This document shows positions 1-9,803 of a stretch of DNA of 64,000 bases, in pieces. The stretch spans positions 70,242-134,241 of the forward strand of contig WOZK01000030.1 of the NCBI GenBank assembly GCA_011620275.1. Direction: 5' to 3'. Source of the DNA: Candidatus Omnitrophota bacterium. GTDB lineage: Bacteria; Omnitrophota; Gorgyraeia; Gygaellales; Profunditerraquicolaceae. The position numbers and the translations under genes were made by a program. The notes under the pieces are model-generated. The model was not told the DNA's origin. It did no database searches and saw only the letters and a list, made by a program, of their open reading frames with translations. How positions within the stretch are numbered: position 1 is the first letter of the stretch; each line of letters begins with the position of its first letter.

Positions 1-630
1 ATACTCCTGTATCCCGCCCCGCGGCGCTTCGGTATTGCCGGGCGACTCCCGGCAGACGCGAAGGCTGCATCTCAAAATACACGGGGCTCCCTTTCTCATA
101 TAGACGCACGCTTCGGCGGGTTCGATCCAGACCTTGTTCAACACGACTACATTATCCGAAGCGCCCATCTCCGAGGCTTTTTTCCTTACCGACTCCCAGA
201 ACAGGGCGCCTTCCGGAGAAACCGCGGGATTGATCAGCTACGCGATGTCCTGCTTCAAACGAAGATCGCCGTACAGCAGCACACGTCCTGTGATAGTATC
301 GGAGATCCCGGAATCAAGAACCCTGCCGGGTTCCATGTAATTCAAATTGGCCCGGAATTTGTCCTGCGGAAACTTTAATCCCGCCATAAAAGCGTCAAAA
401 CACACCGCGAGCGCTTTGCTTATCTCATCGCTGCCGCGTTTCAGACAAACGTCATCCGCCTTCAGATAGAAATTGATACTTTGTTGCCCTCCGCTCCTGC
501 CGGCTGAAAACGAAACGGAAACGAGATCGGCGTCAATCCCGCTGGATAACACATTACAACGGCCGGGATCGCGCGCTCCGGCAAAAACCAGAAAAATGCA
601 ACAAACGGCCGCCGACAGCACCGCCGCCAT
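1..630 (-). pseudogene. Signal/TM-anchored hypothetical protein interrupted by an in-frame TAG at 238-240; frame continues to the window edge
   Basis: ORF 238..630 stops at TAG, but the same frame stays open for 79 more codons (LINPAVSPEGALFWESVRKKASEMGASDNVVVLNKVWIEPAEACVY...). The two halves read as one domain (FRANLNYMEPGRVL..TITGRVLLYGDLRLKQDIA*LINP..G..FW..KVWIEP). Confidence 0.55.
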
Positions 631-671
631 AATCCAGGGAACTGTCTCACTTCTTCGCTTTGCCGTTTATG

Positions 672-706
672 AAAGAAGCCCCTCCTTTTTTAAGAGGGGC
701 TTCTTT
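672..706 (-). terminator. Intrinsic terminator downstream of the PGK-like gene
   Basis: Perfect 13-bp inverted repeat AAAGAAGCCCCTC / GAGGGGCTTCTTT with a 9-nt loop, about 25 nt after the stop at 730. Confidence 0.8.
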
Positions 707-729
707 AAAACCTATATTACCTTGTCCCA

Positions 730-3111
730 TTATACTCCTATATCAGTCAGAGACTGTTCAAGCCGTTTTACCGTAGCCGTTATGTTCTCCGAAGCCTCAA
801 GTTTAACACCGGCCAACCCTTCAAATAATGTGTCCATGGTCACATGAGTTGATACCGCGTCGTTAGCCTGCTTCGATACAGTGAAACCGGCCGGCACGAC
901 CTTATCGGCTTCCAGTTTATTTACGAACCCCCACATATGCGCGTTAACACCCTGCCCGTAGAACTCATACACGGCTTTGGCCAAAGCCAGCAGGGAGACT
1001 TCCGAGGCTCTGATCCTGCGCACCGGTTTACCGGATATGCTGACCAGGGGATCATTTTCCTCCGGGGAGACTATTATAATGGTATTCTCCAGCATTTCCT
1101 TACTGCCTGTTTCTAGGAAACCGGTGAAGTCCGGAGCTGTCTTCATCGCCTGGTCCTTTACTATATAGTCGTCAAGCTGCACCAATTGAGCGATGGCCCC
1201 GGCATCTTCTCCGCAGATAACGAACTGAACTTTCCCCTTGCTTTCATTAATAAGATTCTCCATCCCTGTGAGAAATCCCGGTTTCAGGGCTTCACGGGAG
1301 GAAACGGCGATAACGCTACCGGCCCCGTCTATATCGCTTGTAAATACACCGGCCAGGTATTCGTTAAATGCCCTGCCGCCGTTCTGAATAAAGGCTTCGG
1401 CCTTCACCTTGGAGAACGCCGCAACCCTTGTTTGCGCGATCGCCCGGTCAATGCCCAGTTTTCCGGCGACCGCCTGGACGAATTCACTAGAATACTCTTT
1501 AACGGCGTCTATACCGGTGTAAACCCTTTTAACCTGAAGCAACGGTCTGATGGCGGGCATATTCTCCAGGCCCTTAGCCAACGCCGTCTGCAGCGCACCC
1601 CCGGCGGTATCCACGAAGAACACATCAGGATAGTCGCTGAATTTATAGCCGGTCTCCGATTCGAACTTTTCCACCGCCTTCTGGGTATCTCCTCCGCCGA
1701 AGAACACGACCACTCCTCTTTTGACCCCCGCATTCCATACCGCGAATAAAGTCTCCTTAGTGGCAAACCATGTATTCTTATCCCCGGAATCGAACATCCC
1801 GGTGCCGCCGTTAAAAACGATACCGTCGCCTCCCTTAAGGGCATTGATACTGTCGAGCAGCATCGCCAGCGTTTTGGCCCCGATATCCACCTGCGCCTCA
1901 TCGGCAGCGATTACATCTACGCCATAGGCTTCTCCGATAAGTTTTCCATCCGTGCCCACTTTCTTAACCAGGAAATCCACCGGCAGCATTTTTCTTGCAT
2001 CCGGGACCTTTGCCAGCTTATCTTTGCCGCTTCTCACCTTCTTCATTACCTTTTCATCGGAAGCCTTCGGCATCATGGATTTACCTAAAGCGAACCCTTC
2101 CGGTTGCAAGGGATTAGAAAGTGCGCCCACTATCACTACTTTGTTGCCGGGCTGGAGGGCGAAGTCCCCTACCGTATCGGCCTTTTCGTATTTGGCCCCG
2201 CCCATAATCCCGAGTTTTATACCGGTAACCTTATTGCCATAAAAGGCGATTTTATGCAAAGTCTTCACCATATTGTTGCCGGCCGCTATATTTTCGACAG
2301 GAAAATATTTTATCATCTCCACGGAAGCATCTTTAGGACGATGCGCTTTATCGAAAGCGGCGTTGATAAAAGCCACCTCATCGGCATCATGCCCGGTCAG
2401 AGCTATCAACCTCCTCGCGAAAGCCTCGCGCACCGCAGAGTCTTTTGCCTGTTCTTCGTTATAGAAACGGATGTTCTCGAAAACGAAAACTATTTTCTCT
2501 CCCGGTTTGACGCTATCTTTTGCATTGACGATGGTCAACTCCGCGAGATTAAGATTATCCTTATAGATATCGTCTTGGACTACAGTGGGGGCCGGAAGCA
2601 ACACTACCTTAACATTAGGGTATTTCTTCTCAACCCTATTCTTGAAAAGTTCGAAGATACCGTTCTCCCCTAAAGAAAACTCTTTTTGAAAAGCCAGCCC
2701 TTTCTCTGGTCTGCCGAAATGAGACATCACATAAGCGAATTGCGCCGTGGATGAAATAAAGCCGTCTTCCAGGTCTTTCAGAAGATTATCCAGGCGTTTA
2801 GTCTTGAACTTCCCCTGATCATCCTGAGGCAAGTTTATATCAGCGCAGAAAAAAATATCATTAATTCTCTTCTCCTTTATCTTTTCTTTCAAGGCATCCA
2901 TCTCCCGGATGCCGGTGATTATCGTCTTTATGACGCTGCCGCCGTCATAACCCGCGTCACCCCTCAGAAGGGCTATTCCGATATCTTCTACGGAGGCGCC
3001 GTTCTTGCGCAGATTATCGGTATTAACCGCGGCAAAAGCCGTGTAATGAGTTGTCATCAATAATAAAATTGCCACCGGCACCAAGCATATCCTGCATTTC
3101 ATCATCCCCAT
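730..3111 (-). CDS. Divergent phosphoglycerate kinase-like protein with N-terminal signal peptide, DGG motif and ~260-aa C-terminal extension
   Basis: PGK motifs, some altered: ADINLP (DxNVP), SHFGRP, FENIRF, AFDKAHR, GGAK, DIGAKT, FNGGTGMFD, GGGDT, TAGGA. N-terminus MKCRICLVPVAILLLMTTHYTAFA looks like a Sec signal ending in AFA. Confidence 0.8.
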   Translation of the reverse strand: MGMMKCRICLVPVAILLLMTTHYTAFAAVNTDNLRKNGASVEDIGIALLRGDAGYDGGSVIKTIITGIREMDALKEKIKEKRINDIFFCADINLPQDDQGKFKTKRLDNLLKDLEDGFISSTAQFAYVMSHFGRPEKGLAFQKEFSLGENGIFELFKNRVEKKYPNVKVVLLPAPTVVQDDIYKDNLNLAELTIVNAKDSVKPGEKIVFVFENIRFYNEEQAKDSAVREAFARRLIALTGHDADEVAFINAAFDKAHRPKDASVEMIKYFPVENIAAGNNMVKTLHKIAFYGNKVTGIKLGIMGGAKYEKADTVGDFALQPGNKVVIVGALSNPLQPEGFALGKSMMPKASDEKVMKKVRSGKDKLAKVPDARKMLPVDFLVKKVGTDGKLIGEAYGVDVIAADEAQVDIGAKTLAMLLDSINALKGGDGIVFNGGTGMFDSGDKNTWFATKETLFAVWNAGVKRGVVVFFGGGDTQKAVEKFESETGYKFSDYPDVFFVDTAGGALQTALAKGLENMPAIRPLLQVKRVYTGIDAVKEYSSEFVQAVAGKLGIDRAIAQTRVAAFSKVKAEAFIQNGGRAFNEYLAGVFTSDIDGAGSVIAVSSREALKPGFLTGMENLINESKGKVQFVICGEDAGAIAQLVQLDDYIVKDQAMKTAPDFTGFLETGSKEMLENTIIIVSPEENDPLVSISGKPVRRIRASEVSLLALAKAVYEFYGQGVNAHMWGFVNKLEADKVVPAGFTVSKQANDAVSTHVTMDTLFEGLAGVKLEASENITATVKRLEQSLTDIGV

Positions 3112-3143
3112 TTCAACACCCCTTTCCTATTTTAAACTCAATG

Positions 3144-4697
3144 TTACTCGTCAGCTACATCTTCCTCGTAATCATCATACACATCTGTTTTCTGTTCCCT
3201 GAGCACGGAAAAATAGAGCGAAGAATCGCTCCCGGAGGTGATAACTGGGGCCAGCACGACGTAAGAATACCCCCGGGCCCTCAACGCCCTGACCATGCCC
3301 GGGGTATGGAACCCCCCTGTGATCAATACAGCCGCCTCTTCCCGCGATTCATCCATTTTCCTTTGCAGGTTTTTGACAAAAACCTTCTCCCTCGCGGCCC
3401 CCAGTTTGTAGAACTCTTCAAGGATCCCTATATTCCCGTCCACGGATTCTACCGAAACCGCGGGTTCCGGAATATTGTATTTCGCGCAATTCTCCTGCAA
3501 ATAGCTTTTCCAGGAAGCGACGCTGAACTTGTCTCGATTGGTTTTAAAATAGGAGTATTCCTCTGGAGTCAGTTCCAGATCAAAAAAATGTTTAAGCATA
3601 ACCGCCATCCGCGATATCTCCGACAGCCTACGCTGACTATCGTTAGTAAATGCCCTGTTCTTCAATTCCTCTTCCAGCGCCGATATCTCTTGGATCAGCT
3701 TTACCGGGCTGACGGAATTATCGCCGCAGATATAATCAATATACTTTGCCATGGCAGGATAATCCGTCTTTATATCGATGGCCGGCTGCGCCAGCGACTT
3801 CAAATAAGAATAATAATCTTTCGCGGTGATTTCCCCGTCCTTGAAACTCTGCGTTTTAGAGACCAATTTCTTGACTTCTCCGCTTTCAAGACCGGAGGCC
3901 AGGGTTTTAATGAAAACAACGCGTTCCGCTTCCGCCGATTTCAGATCCATGTTTTTCTCAATCTCGACGGTCCTGGTAAATTTTTCTATCGCCGGATAAT
4001 TGTTCAAAGCGACGGATACCTTGGAGGCGCAAGAAGAAAGATAGACGCAGTAATCGGCCAATTGCACTCCTTTCGACTCATAAGCCTCCTTCTTCTGTTC
4101 CAATTGCCGCAGCTCATCGCCATACAGAAAAAGCTTCAATTTATTCAACGAAGAAATTACCCTGTCCAGATGTTTAATCCCTTCTCCCCTTACCGCGTCT
4201 ATCTTCCAGAACGCATCCAAGTGAGCGTCATATAATCCTTCCTCGTCTATTCCGTATAATTCTATATCGCTGTCGGAAACAATATCGAAATATTCTTCCC
4301 CGGAGATCCGGCCTTCACGCAGGTAACGTTCGGCGACCTCCTGTCGTGTTTTTAGAGGCGCATATCCCCTTAAGGAAGAGAGCCCGACATAACCGTAACC
4401 GCCTTCAACCATTATCAAACGCAATCCGTAATTCCGCACAAGGTAATCAAGGACTTCCGCCGTATTCTTCTGCGCTTCATAGTTGCAGTGCGCGTCCTGG
4501 ATACAAAAAATGATTTTGGGATCGTTGTTTGTCGGAGTAGTTGCGTCAAACGTTTCTTTGATCAATATATTTTGGGAAGGGAATTTATAATCTTTTACGT
4601 GGAGCGCAGCTTGAGAGTTAAGGAGAGGAACAGTCAAGAGGAGGAAACTGAAGAAAACTATTTTAATTTTCTTTCTGTAACCAATTCTGCTCAGCAT
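3144..4697 (-). CDS. Exported protein with ChaN/EreA/Tiki(TraB)-like motifs; putative metal-dependent hydrolase or protease
   Basis: Signal peptide (KKIKIVFFSFLLLTVPLLNSQA); IQDAHCNYEAQ, LIMVEGG, LYGIDE and C-terminal LITGGFHTPGM...GYSYVVLAP follow the H..E..GxxH layout of this superfamily, with a long helical insert. Confidence 0.55.
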   Translation of the reverse strand: MLSRIGYRKKIKIVFFSFLLLTVPLLNSQAALHVKDYKFPSQNILIKETFDATTPTNNDPKIIFCIQDAHCNYEAQKNTAEVLDYLVRNYGLRLIMVEGGYGYVGLSSLRGYAPLKTRQEVAERYLREGRISGEEYFDIVSDSDIELYGIDEEGLYDAHLDAFWKIDAVRGEGIKHLDRVISSLNKLKLFLYGDELRQLEQKKEAYESKGVQLADYCVYLSSCASKVSVALNNYPAIEKFTRTVEIEKNMDLKSAEAERVVFIKTLASGLESGEVKKLVSKTQSFKDGEITAKDYYSYLKSLAQPAIDIKTDYPAMAKYIDYICGDNSVSPVKLIQEISALEEELKNRAFTNDSQRRLSEISRMAVMLKHFFDLELTPEEYSYFKTNRDKFSVASWKSYLQENCAKYNIPEPAVSVESVDGNIGILEEFYKLGAAREKVFVKNLQRKMDESREEAAVLITGGFHTPGMVRALRARGYSYVVLAPVITSGSDSSLYFSVLREQKTDVYDDYEEDVADE

Positions 4698-4747
4698 AAA
4701 AAAACGCCACAGGAAAAATGTTAAATTACATATTTATTCCGTGGCGT
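4698..4747 (-). terminator. Terminator-like hairpin plus U-run directly upstream of the 4697 start codon (possible attenuator)
   Basis: Minus strand: ACGCCACGGAATAAATATGT-AATTTA-ACATTTTTCCTGTGGCGT, continuing into a T-run and then ATG. Confidence 0.5.
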
Positions 4748-4797
4748 GGAACTGGTAATTGGTATTTCAGGAATCGCGTGTCAAATTGTTAGTCACT

Positions 4798-4826
4798 AAT
4801 ATACATCAAAAGGAAGATGCTGTCAA
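4798..4826 (-). promoter_or_regulatory. Sigma70-type promoter for the 4697/3111 operon
   Basis: Minus strand TTGACA-17 nt-TATATT. Confidence 0.65.
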
Positions 4827-4857
4827 GACTTTCTCAACAGACTTTCTTAAATTATTT

Positions 4858-5664
4858 TTAAGGAATAATAAAAGCCAATATTCTGTGCCCAAACAGGAAC
4901 GAAAATATAGCTGCCAGAGAAAGAAACGGCCCGTAAGGAATTACGTGGCTCTTCTTGAAAACCAGATTAATGATACCCGCGATCGCACCCGGAAACGGAG
5001 CAAGAAAGAAAGTCATCACCGCCTTGTCCGGCCCCAGGAATGCCCCGATCATCGCCATCAATTTCACGTCTCCCATGCCCATAGAAGAAGTCTCTCCTTC
5101 CACCGGGGGGTTCTTCAGGATGCGGAAATATACCAGGTCGAACAAAGCCCCGGCCGCGTAGATGATGCCTGCCCCGGCCGCTGCGCCCAAGAGGCTGCGA
5201 AGAACAGGATGCCAATCAAAGATTACCGGCTGCGGCCTTATACCGGATAAAACGTTCAACAGCAGCGCGGCCGCGGTTCCTCCTATTGATATTTCGTCCG
5301 GGATGATCTGATACTGTATGTCCACGAAAGTCGCTACGCAAAGCAAAGAAAAGAACAGACAATAATATACCGCCTGGGCCTGTGCACCGTAAATCGCCCC
5401 CATAAGCAGAAAAAAAGAGCCGGTAATGAATTCCACCAGCGGGTAACGCAGGGATATCGGTTTGCCGCAATGCCGACATCGGCCTTTCAAGATAAAAAAA
5501 CTCAACAAAGGGATATTATCGAACCAGACGATGTCTTTGGAACAGGACGGACAGTGCGAACGGGGAAAAACGATCGATTGGTTCAACGGCATTCTGTGGA
5601 TGCAGACGTTCAGGAAACTGCCGACAATGGCGCCGAAAACGAAGAAAATCAGCGGGATGATCAT
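4858..5664 (-). CDS. pilD: Prepilin peptidase/N-methyltransferase (A24)
   Basis: GSFLNVCIHR, RSHCPSC, DNIPLLSF..LKGRCRHC..ISLRYP, MGMGDVKL, IPYGPFL. Confidence 0.95.
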   Translation of the reverse strand: MIIPLIFFVFGAIVGSFLNVCIHRMPLNQSIVFPRSHCPSCSKDIVWFDNIPLLSFFILKGRCRHCGKPISLRYPLVEFITGSFFLLMGAIYGAQAQAVYYCLFFSLLCVATFVDIQYQIIPDEISIGGTAAALLLNVLSGIRPQPVIFDWHPVLRSLLGAAAGAGIIYAAGALFDLVYFRILKNPPVEGETSSMGMGDVKLMAMIGAFLGPDKAVMTFFLAPFPGAIAGIINLVFKKSHVIPYGPFLSLAAIFSFLFGHRILAFIIP

Positions 5665-6590
5665 AGGCCGGCCGCCTCTTTCAATGCTTTCCGCATCACC
5701 TCCACCGGAGCCTTACCACCGGTCCAGAACTCGAACGCCGCCGCGCCCTGGTGCAAAAGCATCCCCAGCCCGCCGGAAGCGGCGAGCCCGGCCGCGCGGG
5801 CGTCATCCAGCAGACGCGTGGCACGGTTATAAACGATATCGTAAACCGCCGTGCCTTTTTTCAGCCATTCCTTTTTGATCGGGCTGGGATCACCTTCCTT
5901 CATTCCCAAAGGAGAGGTATTCACCAGTATATCGCACTCTTCAAGCCTGACGGGCATATCCTCCTCTCCGATAAAAGTAATTATTTCTTTTCCTTTCCCG
6001 TTCAGCATTCCGTCAATACCGTTCAAAGCGAATTGCTTTTCGGCATTCCCGCGGGATTGCGGGCTCTTCTCATATATATATATTTTCCCCGCTCTATCAG
6101 CTTCCCAGGTAAGTCCGGCAATGATCGCCCTGCCCGCTCCGCCGCAGCCGATAAGCATCACACTCTTGCCTTTCGGAGAGAAATCGAGATCCTCCTTCAA
6201 AGAAATGAGGAACCCTAGAACATCGGTATTACGGTAACTGATCATGCCGTCTTGATTTTTTACGGTATTGACCGCTCCGGAGACGCGCACATAATAAAGC
6301 TCGTTATCCCCCGCCGGCTGTCCGGGGTATTTCTTCTCCAATATTTCTTTTACGGCTATTTTATGCGGGATGGTAACGTTGAAACCGGAAAGGTCGGCCA
6401 GTTTGTATCGCCTGCTCCCGGCGGTATCGCTGAAGGAATAAGCCGGATCATTCAAAAATAAAGGTATGTCCTGCGGGGGGATTTCAAAAAGGTGGTAAGA
6501 AGCGCCCATGCCCAGATCGCGGAAAGCGGCGTTGTGCATCGCAGGGGAAAAGCTGTGCTTGACCGGATAACCGACTAACCCGTAGGTCAT
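5661..6590 (-). CDS. aroE: Shikimate dehydrogenase
   Basis: GYPVKHSFSPAMHN, NVTIPHK, GAVNT, NTDVLG, GCGGAGRA, GLGMLLHQG. Confidence 0.95.
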   Translation of the reverse strand: MTYGLVGYPVKHSFSPAMHNAAFRDLGMGASYHLFEIPPQDIPLFLNDPAYSFSDTAGSRRYKLADLSGFNVTIPHKIAVKEILEKKYPGQPAGDNELYYVRVSGAVNTVKNQDGMISYRNTDVLGFLISLKEDLDFSPKGKSVMLIGCGGAGRAIIAGLTWEADRAGKIYIYEKSPQSRGNAEKQFALNGIDGMLNGKGKEIITFIGEEDMPVRLEECDILVNTSPLGMKEGDPSPIKKEWLKKGTAVYDIVYNRATRLLDDARAAGLAASGGLGMLLHQGAAAFEFWTGGKAPVEVMRKALKEAAGL

Positions 6591-8101
6591 CGCCCGCTCA
6601 ACCGGTTTATGGCGTCAAGATAAGCTTTGATGGCAGCTTCGATGATATCGGTGCTGGCCCCCCTGCCGCCGAAGACCCCGGCTTTCAGCTTAAGACTCAA
6701 GCTCGCCTGACCGAGGGCATCCTTGCCTGAAGTAACCGACTCCAGACGGAAATCCTGCAGCCTGGCTTTCAAACCGGTAATCTTATCTATTGCCTTGAAA
6801 CAACTGTCCACCGGGCCGTCACCCGAAGCCTGCCCACTCAACAGGCGGTCGTTCTTCTTCAAGCGCACGACGGCAACCGGAGTAGAGCCGCTGCCGCAGC
6901 AAACCTCGAATCCCTGCAACTCCCACAAAGGTTTGCTATGCCTGAGCTGATCATCGACGATTATACGCAAGTCGTCGTCGTAAATTTCCTTCTTTTTATC
7001 GGTCAGCTGTTTGAAACGCGCGAACGCGCTGTTGAGCTCTTCGGCCGTGAGCTTGAAACCCAAGGTTTGCAGCCTTTCCCGTAACGCGTGTCTGCCGGAA
7101 TGCTTCCCCAGCACGATCTCGCTGCCGGCCACCCCGACGTCTGCTGGATCCATGATCTCATAGGTCGTCCGCTTTTTTAACACCGCATCCTGATGTATGC
7201 CGGACTCGTGGCTAAAAGCGTTCTTTCCCACGATGGCTTTATTCAACGGCACCACGAAATCGGTGAGCTTACTGACCAATTTGGAAGCATTCAATATTTC
7301 TTTCGTATTTATCGAAGTGTGTAAATTGCTGAACGCATCCTTCCTGGTTCTCAAAGCCATCACAACTTCTTCCAGAGATGCGTTGCCGGCCCGCTCGCCT
7401 ATGCCGTTCACCGTGCAATGCACCTGGCGCGCTCCGGCTAACACCGCCGATACGGAGTTTGCGCTCGCCATGCCGAGATCATCATGGCAGTGAATGGAAA
7501 TGACCGCCTTATTTATATTAGGAACGTTGTCCTTTATCTCCGAAATAAGGGAATATATCTCGGCAGGGTAACTATAGCCGACCGTATCCGTAATATTCAC
7601 GGTGGAAGCTCCGTTCTTTATCACGTTCTCTATTACTCTAAAAAGAAAAGAGCGCTCGCTGCGGGTGGCGTCTTCCGGGGAGAACTCCACGTCCGGGCAG
7701 AGTCTTCGTGCGGCCCTCACCGCCTGCACTGCCAACTGCAGTATCTCGTCTTCTCTTTTGTGGAACTTATACTGCAGGTGTATCTTGGAGGTGGCGAGGA
7801 AAACGTGTATACGCGGTCTCCGAGCTTTCTTCAAAGCCTTGGCCGCGGCATCTATATCCGGTTTCAGGCAGCGCGCGAGGGCGCAAACGGACTTCTTTTT
7901 TACCGAAGACGCGATGCGAGCCACGGCCTGAAAATCATCCGGACTGGATACCGGAAAACCGGCTTCGATAACATCCACCCCCAGCCTTTCCAGTTGAAAA
8001 GCAACCTCAAGCTTTTCCTGGGAAGTCAGCGAACCTCCGGGGGCCTGTTCTCCGTCCCTTAACGTTGTATCGAAAATTATGACCTTTTCCATTTGTTTCA
8101 T
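6587..8101 (-). CDS. leuA: 2-isopropylmalate synthase
   Basis: DTTLRDGEQ, HCHDDLG, NGIGERAGN, HESGIHQD, C-terminal regulatory domain with GDGPVD. Confidence 0.95.
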   Translation of the reverse strand: MKQMEKVIIFDTTLRDGEQAPGGSLTSQEKLEVAFQLERLGVDVIEAGFPVSSPDDFQAVARIASSVKKKSVCALARCLKPDIDAAAKALKKARRPRIHVFLATSKIHLQYKFHKREDEILQLAVQAVRAARRLCPDVEFSPEDATRSERSFLFRVIENVIKNGASTVNITDTVGYSYPAEIYSLISEIKDNVPNINKAVISIHCHDDLGMASANSVSAVLAGARQVHCTVNGIGERAGNASLEEVVMALRTRKDAFSNLHTSINTKEILNASKLVSKLTDFVVPLNKAIVGKNAFSHESGIHQDAVLKKRTTYEIMDPADVGVAGSEIVLGKHSGRHALRERLQTLGFKLTAEELNSAFARFKQLTDKKKEIYDDDLRIIVDDQLRHSKPLWELQGFEVCCGSGSTPVAVVRLKKNDRLLSGQASGDGPVDSCFKAIDKITGLKARLQDFRLESVTSGKDALGQASLSLKLKAGVFGGRGASTDIIEAAIKAYLDAINRLSGR

Positions 8102-8133
8102 GTTATACGCAACAGCATACTGTTACGATCGCG

Positions 8134-8153
8134 AATTAAGTATCGTGTCCCCG
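8134..8153 (-). repeat. Dispersed 20-bp intergenic repeat, copy 1
   Basis: Reverse complement CGGGGACACGATACTTAATT matches 26792-26811 at 19/20 positions. Confidence 0.6.
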
Positions 8154-8181
8154 AAGAATAGTAACCGTTATCCTGCCTTTT

Positions 8182-9177
8182 CTACGCCTTCTTCATCCAG
8201 GGCATCATCTCCCTGAGTTTACGGCCGACTTTTTCTATCTTATGGTTATCTCCGGCCTTAAGCAGCTTGTTGAATACCGGACGTCCTTTTTCGTTCTCTT
8301 TTATCCATTCCTGGGCAAATTTTCCGGTCTGTATTTCCTTGAGTATCTTTTTCATTTCCTGTCTGGTTTTTGCGGTAATCACCCTTTTACCCCTGGAAAG
8401 GTCGCCGTAGCAGGCGGTGTTGGAAACTCCGCGGCGCATGCCGGCTATGCCGCGCTCCTGGATCAGGTCGGTGATAAGCTTCAACTCGTGCAGCACCTCG
8501 AAATAGGCTATCTCCGGCTGGTATCCGGCGTCTACCAGCGTATCGAACCCGGCCATTATCAACTCGGAAACTCCGCCGCATAATACCGCCTGCTCGCCAA
8601 AAAGATCGGTTTCGGTCTCTTCCGCGAAAGTGGTCTTGATGACTCCGGCGGTTGTCGCCTTCAGGGCCTTAGCATAAGCCAGCGCCAGATCAAGCGCCTT
8701 TCCACTGGCGTTCTGATAAACCGCCACCAGAGAAGGAACGCCTTTCCCTTCTTCATACATCTTGCGCACCAAAGCGCCGGGACCTTTGGGAGCGACCATG
8801 AACACGTCCACGTTCTTGGGCGGCACGATCTGCTTGAAATGGATGTTGAACCCGTGCGAAAAACAAAGCGCCTTGCCGGCGGTAAGGTTCGGTTCTATCG
8901 CCTTACGGTAAACGACCGCCTGCACGTGGTCCTGTGTGAGGATCTGTATAATATCGCCGCGGCGCGCCGCTTCTTCTGCGCTTACCGGAGAGAACCCGTC
9001 CTTTTTTGCCTGTTCGTAGTTAAGCGTCCCGGGAAGCTCTGAAACCACCACTTTACAGCCTGAATCGCGCAGACACAACGACTGCCCACGCCCTTGTATA
9101 CCGTAACCGAGGATAGCGACTGTCTTATCCTTCAAAAGGTTCAGATCCGCATCCTTATCGTAATATACCTTAGCCAT
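8182..9177 (-). CDS. ilvC: Ketol-acid reductoisomerase
   Basis: [37 protein letters not shown]. Confidence 0.97.
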   Translation of the reverse strand: MAKVYYDKDADLNLLKDKTVAILGYGIQGRGQSLCLRDSGCKVVVSELPGTLNYEQAKKDGFSPVSAEEAARRGDIIQILTQDHVQAVVYRKAIEPNLTAGKALCFSHGFNIHFKQIVPPKNVDVFMVAPKGPGALVRKMYEEGKGVPSLVAVYQNASGKALDLALAYAKALKATTAGVIKTTFAEETETDLFGEQAVLCGGVSELIMAGFDTLVDAGYQPEIAYFEVLHELKLITDLIQERGIAGMRRGVSNTACYGDLSRGKRVITAKTRQEMKKILKEIQTGKFAQEWIKENEKGRPVFNKLLKAGDNHKIEKVGRKLREMMPWMKKA

Positions 9178-9187
9178 CTTCCCTCCT

Positions 9188-9691
9188 TTATGCTGTTTTT
9201 GACTTTGGCGTGAGGTCTCCGGTCGCCATCGCGATCTTGCCCGCCCGCACCAGTTCTTTTATGTTGAAACGTTTTGCCTCTTCCAGCGTCTTCTTCAGTT
9301 TTTCCTGATCCCCGACTATCTCGACTATCGCCGTATTTCCCCGGCAATGAGTGACTCCCGCTCCCCATTTCTTCGCCAGCGACTCCAGCGCCGCCTTGTC
9401 TCCGGCGGTACAGGACACCTTGATCATCATCAACTCCCGGTCTATGTAATCCTTCTTGGTGAAATCGGTGACCGTGATAACGTCTATCAGTTTGTTCAAC
9501 TGCTTCTTGACCTGTTCGAGTACCTTCTCGTCCCTGGTATCCACCACCATCGTAAGATACGATATGCTGGGGTCGAGGGTCTCGCTGACGGAAAGCGAAA
9601 TAATGTTGTATCCGCGGGCGCTGAACAACCCGGCAATCCTCGCCAGCACTCCGAATTTGTTTTCCACCAGTATAGATATCGTGTGCCTCAT
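9188..9691 (-). CDS. ilvN: Acetolactate synthase small subunit
   Basis: ACT domain [32 protein letters not shown]. Confidence 0.95.
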   Translation of the reverse strand: MRHTISILVENKFGVLARIAGLFSARGYNIISLSVSETLDPSISYLTMVVDTRDEKVLEQVKKQLNKLIDVITVTDFTKKDYIDRELMMIKVSCTAGDKAALESLAKKWGAGVTHCRGNTAIVEIVGDQEKLKKTLEEAKRFNIKELVRAGKIAMATGDLTPKSKTA

Positions 9692-9803
9692 AAAGACCTT
9701 CTTTCCTTAAGAACAGTTGAGAACTCGATAATCGAAATTTAACCGCAATCGAAATCCTATTCTCGATTCTCTATTTTCGATTGCTCTGTCCGCCTTCGGC
9801 GGA

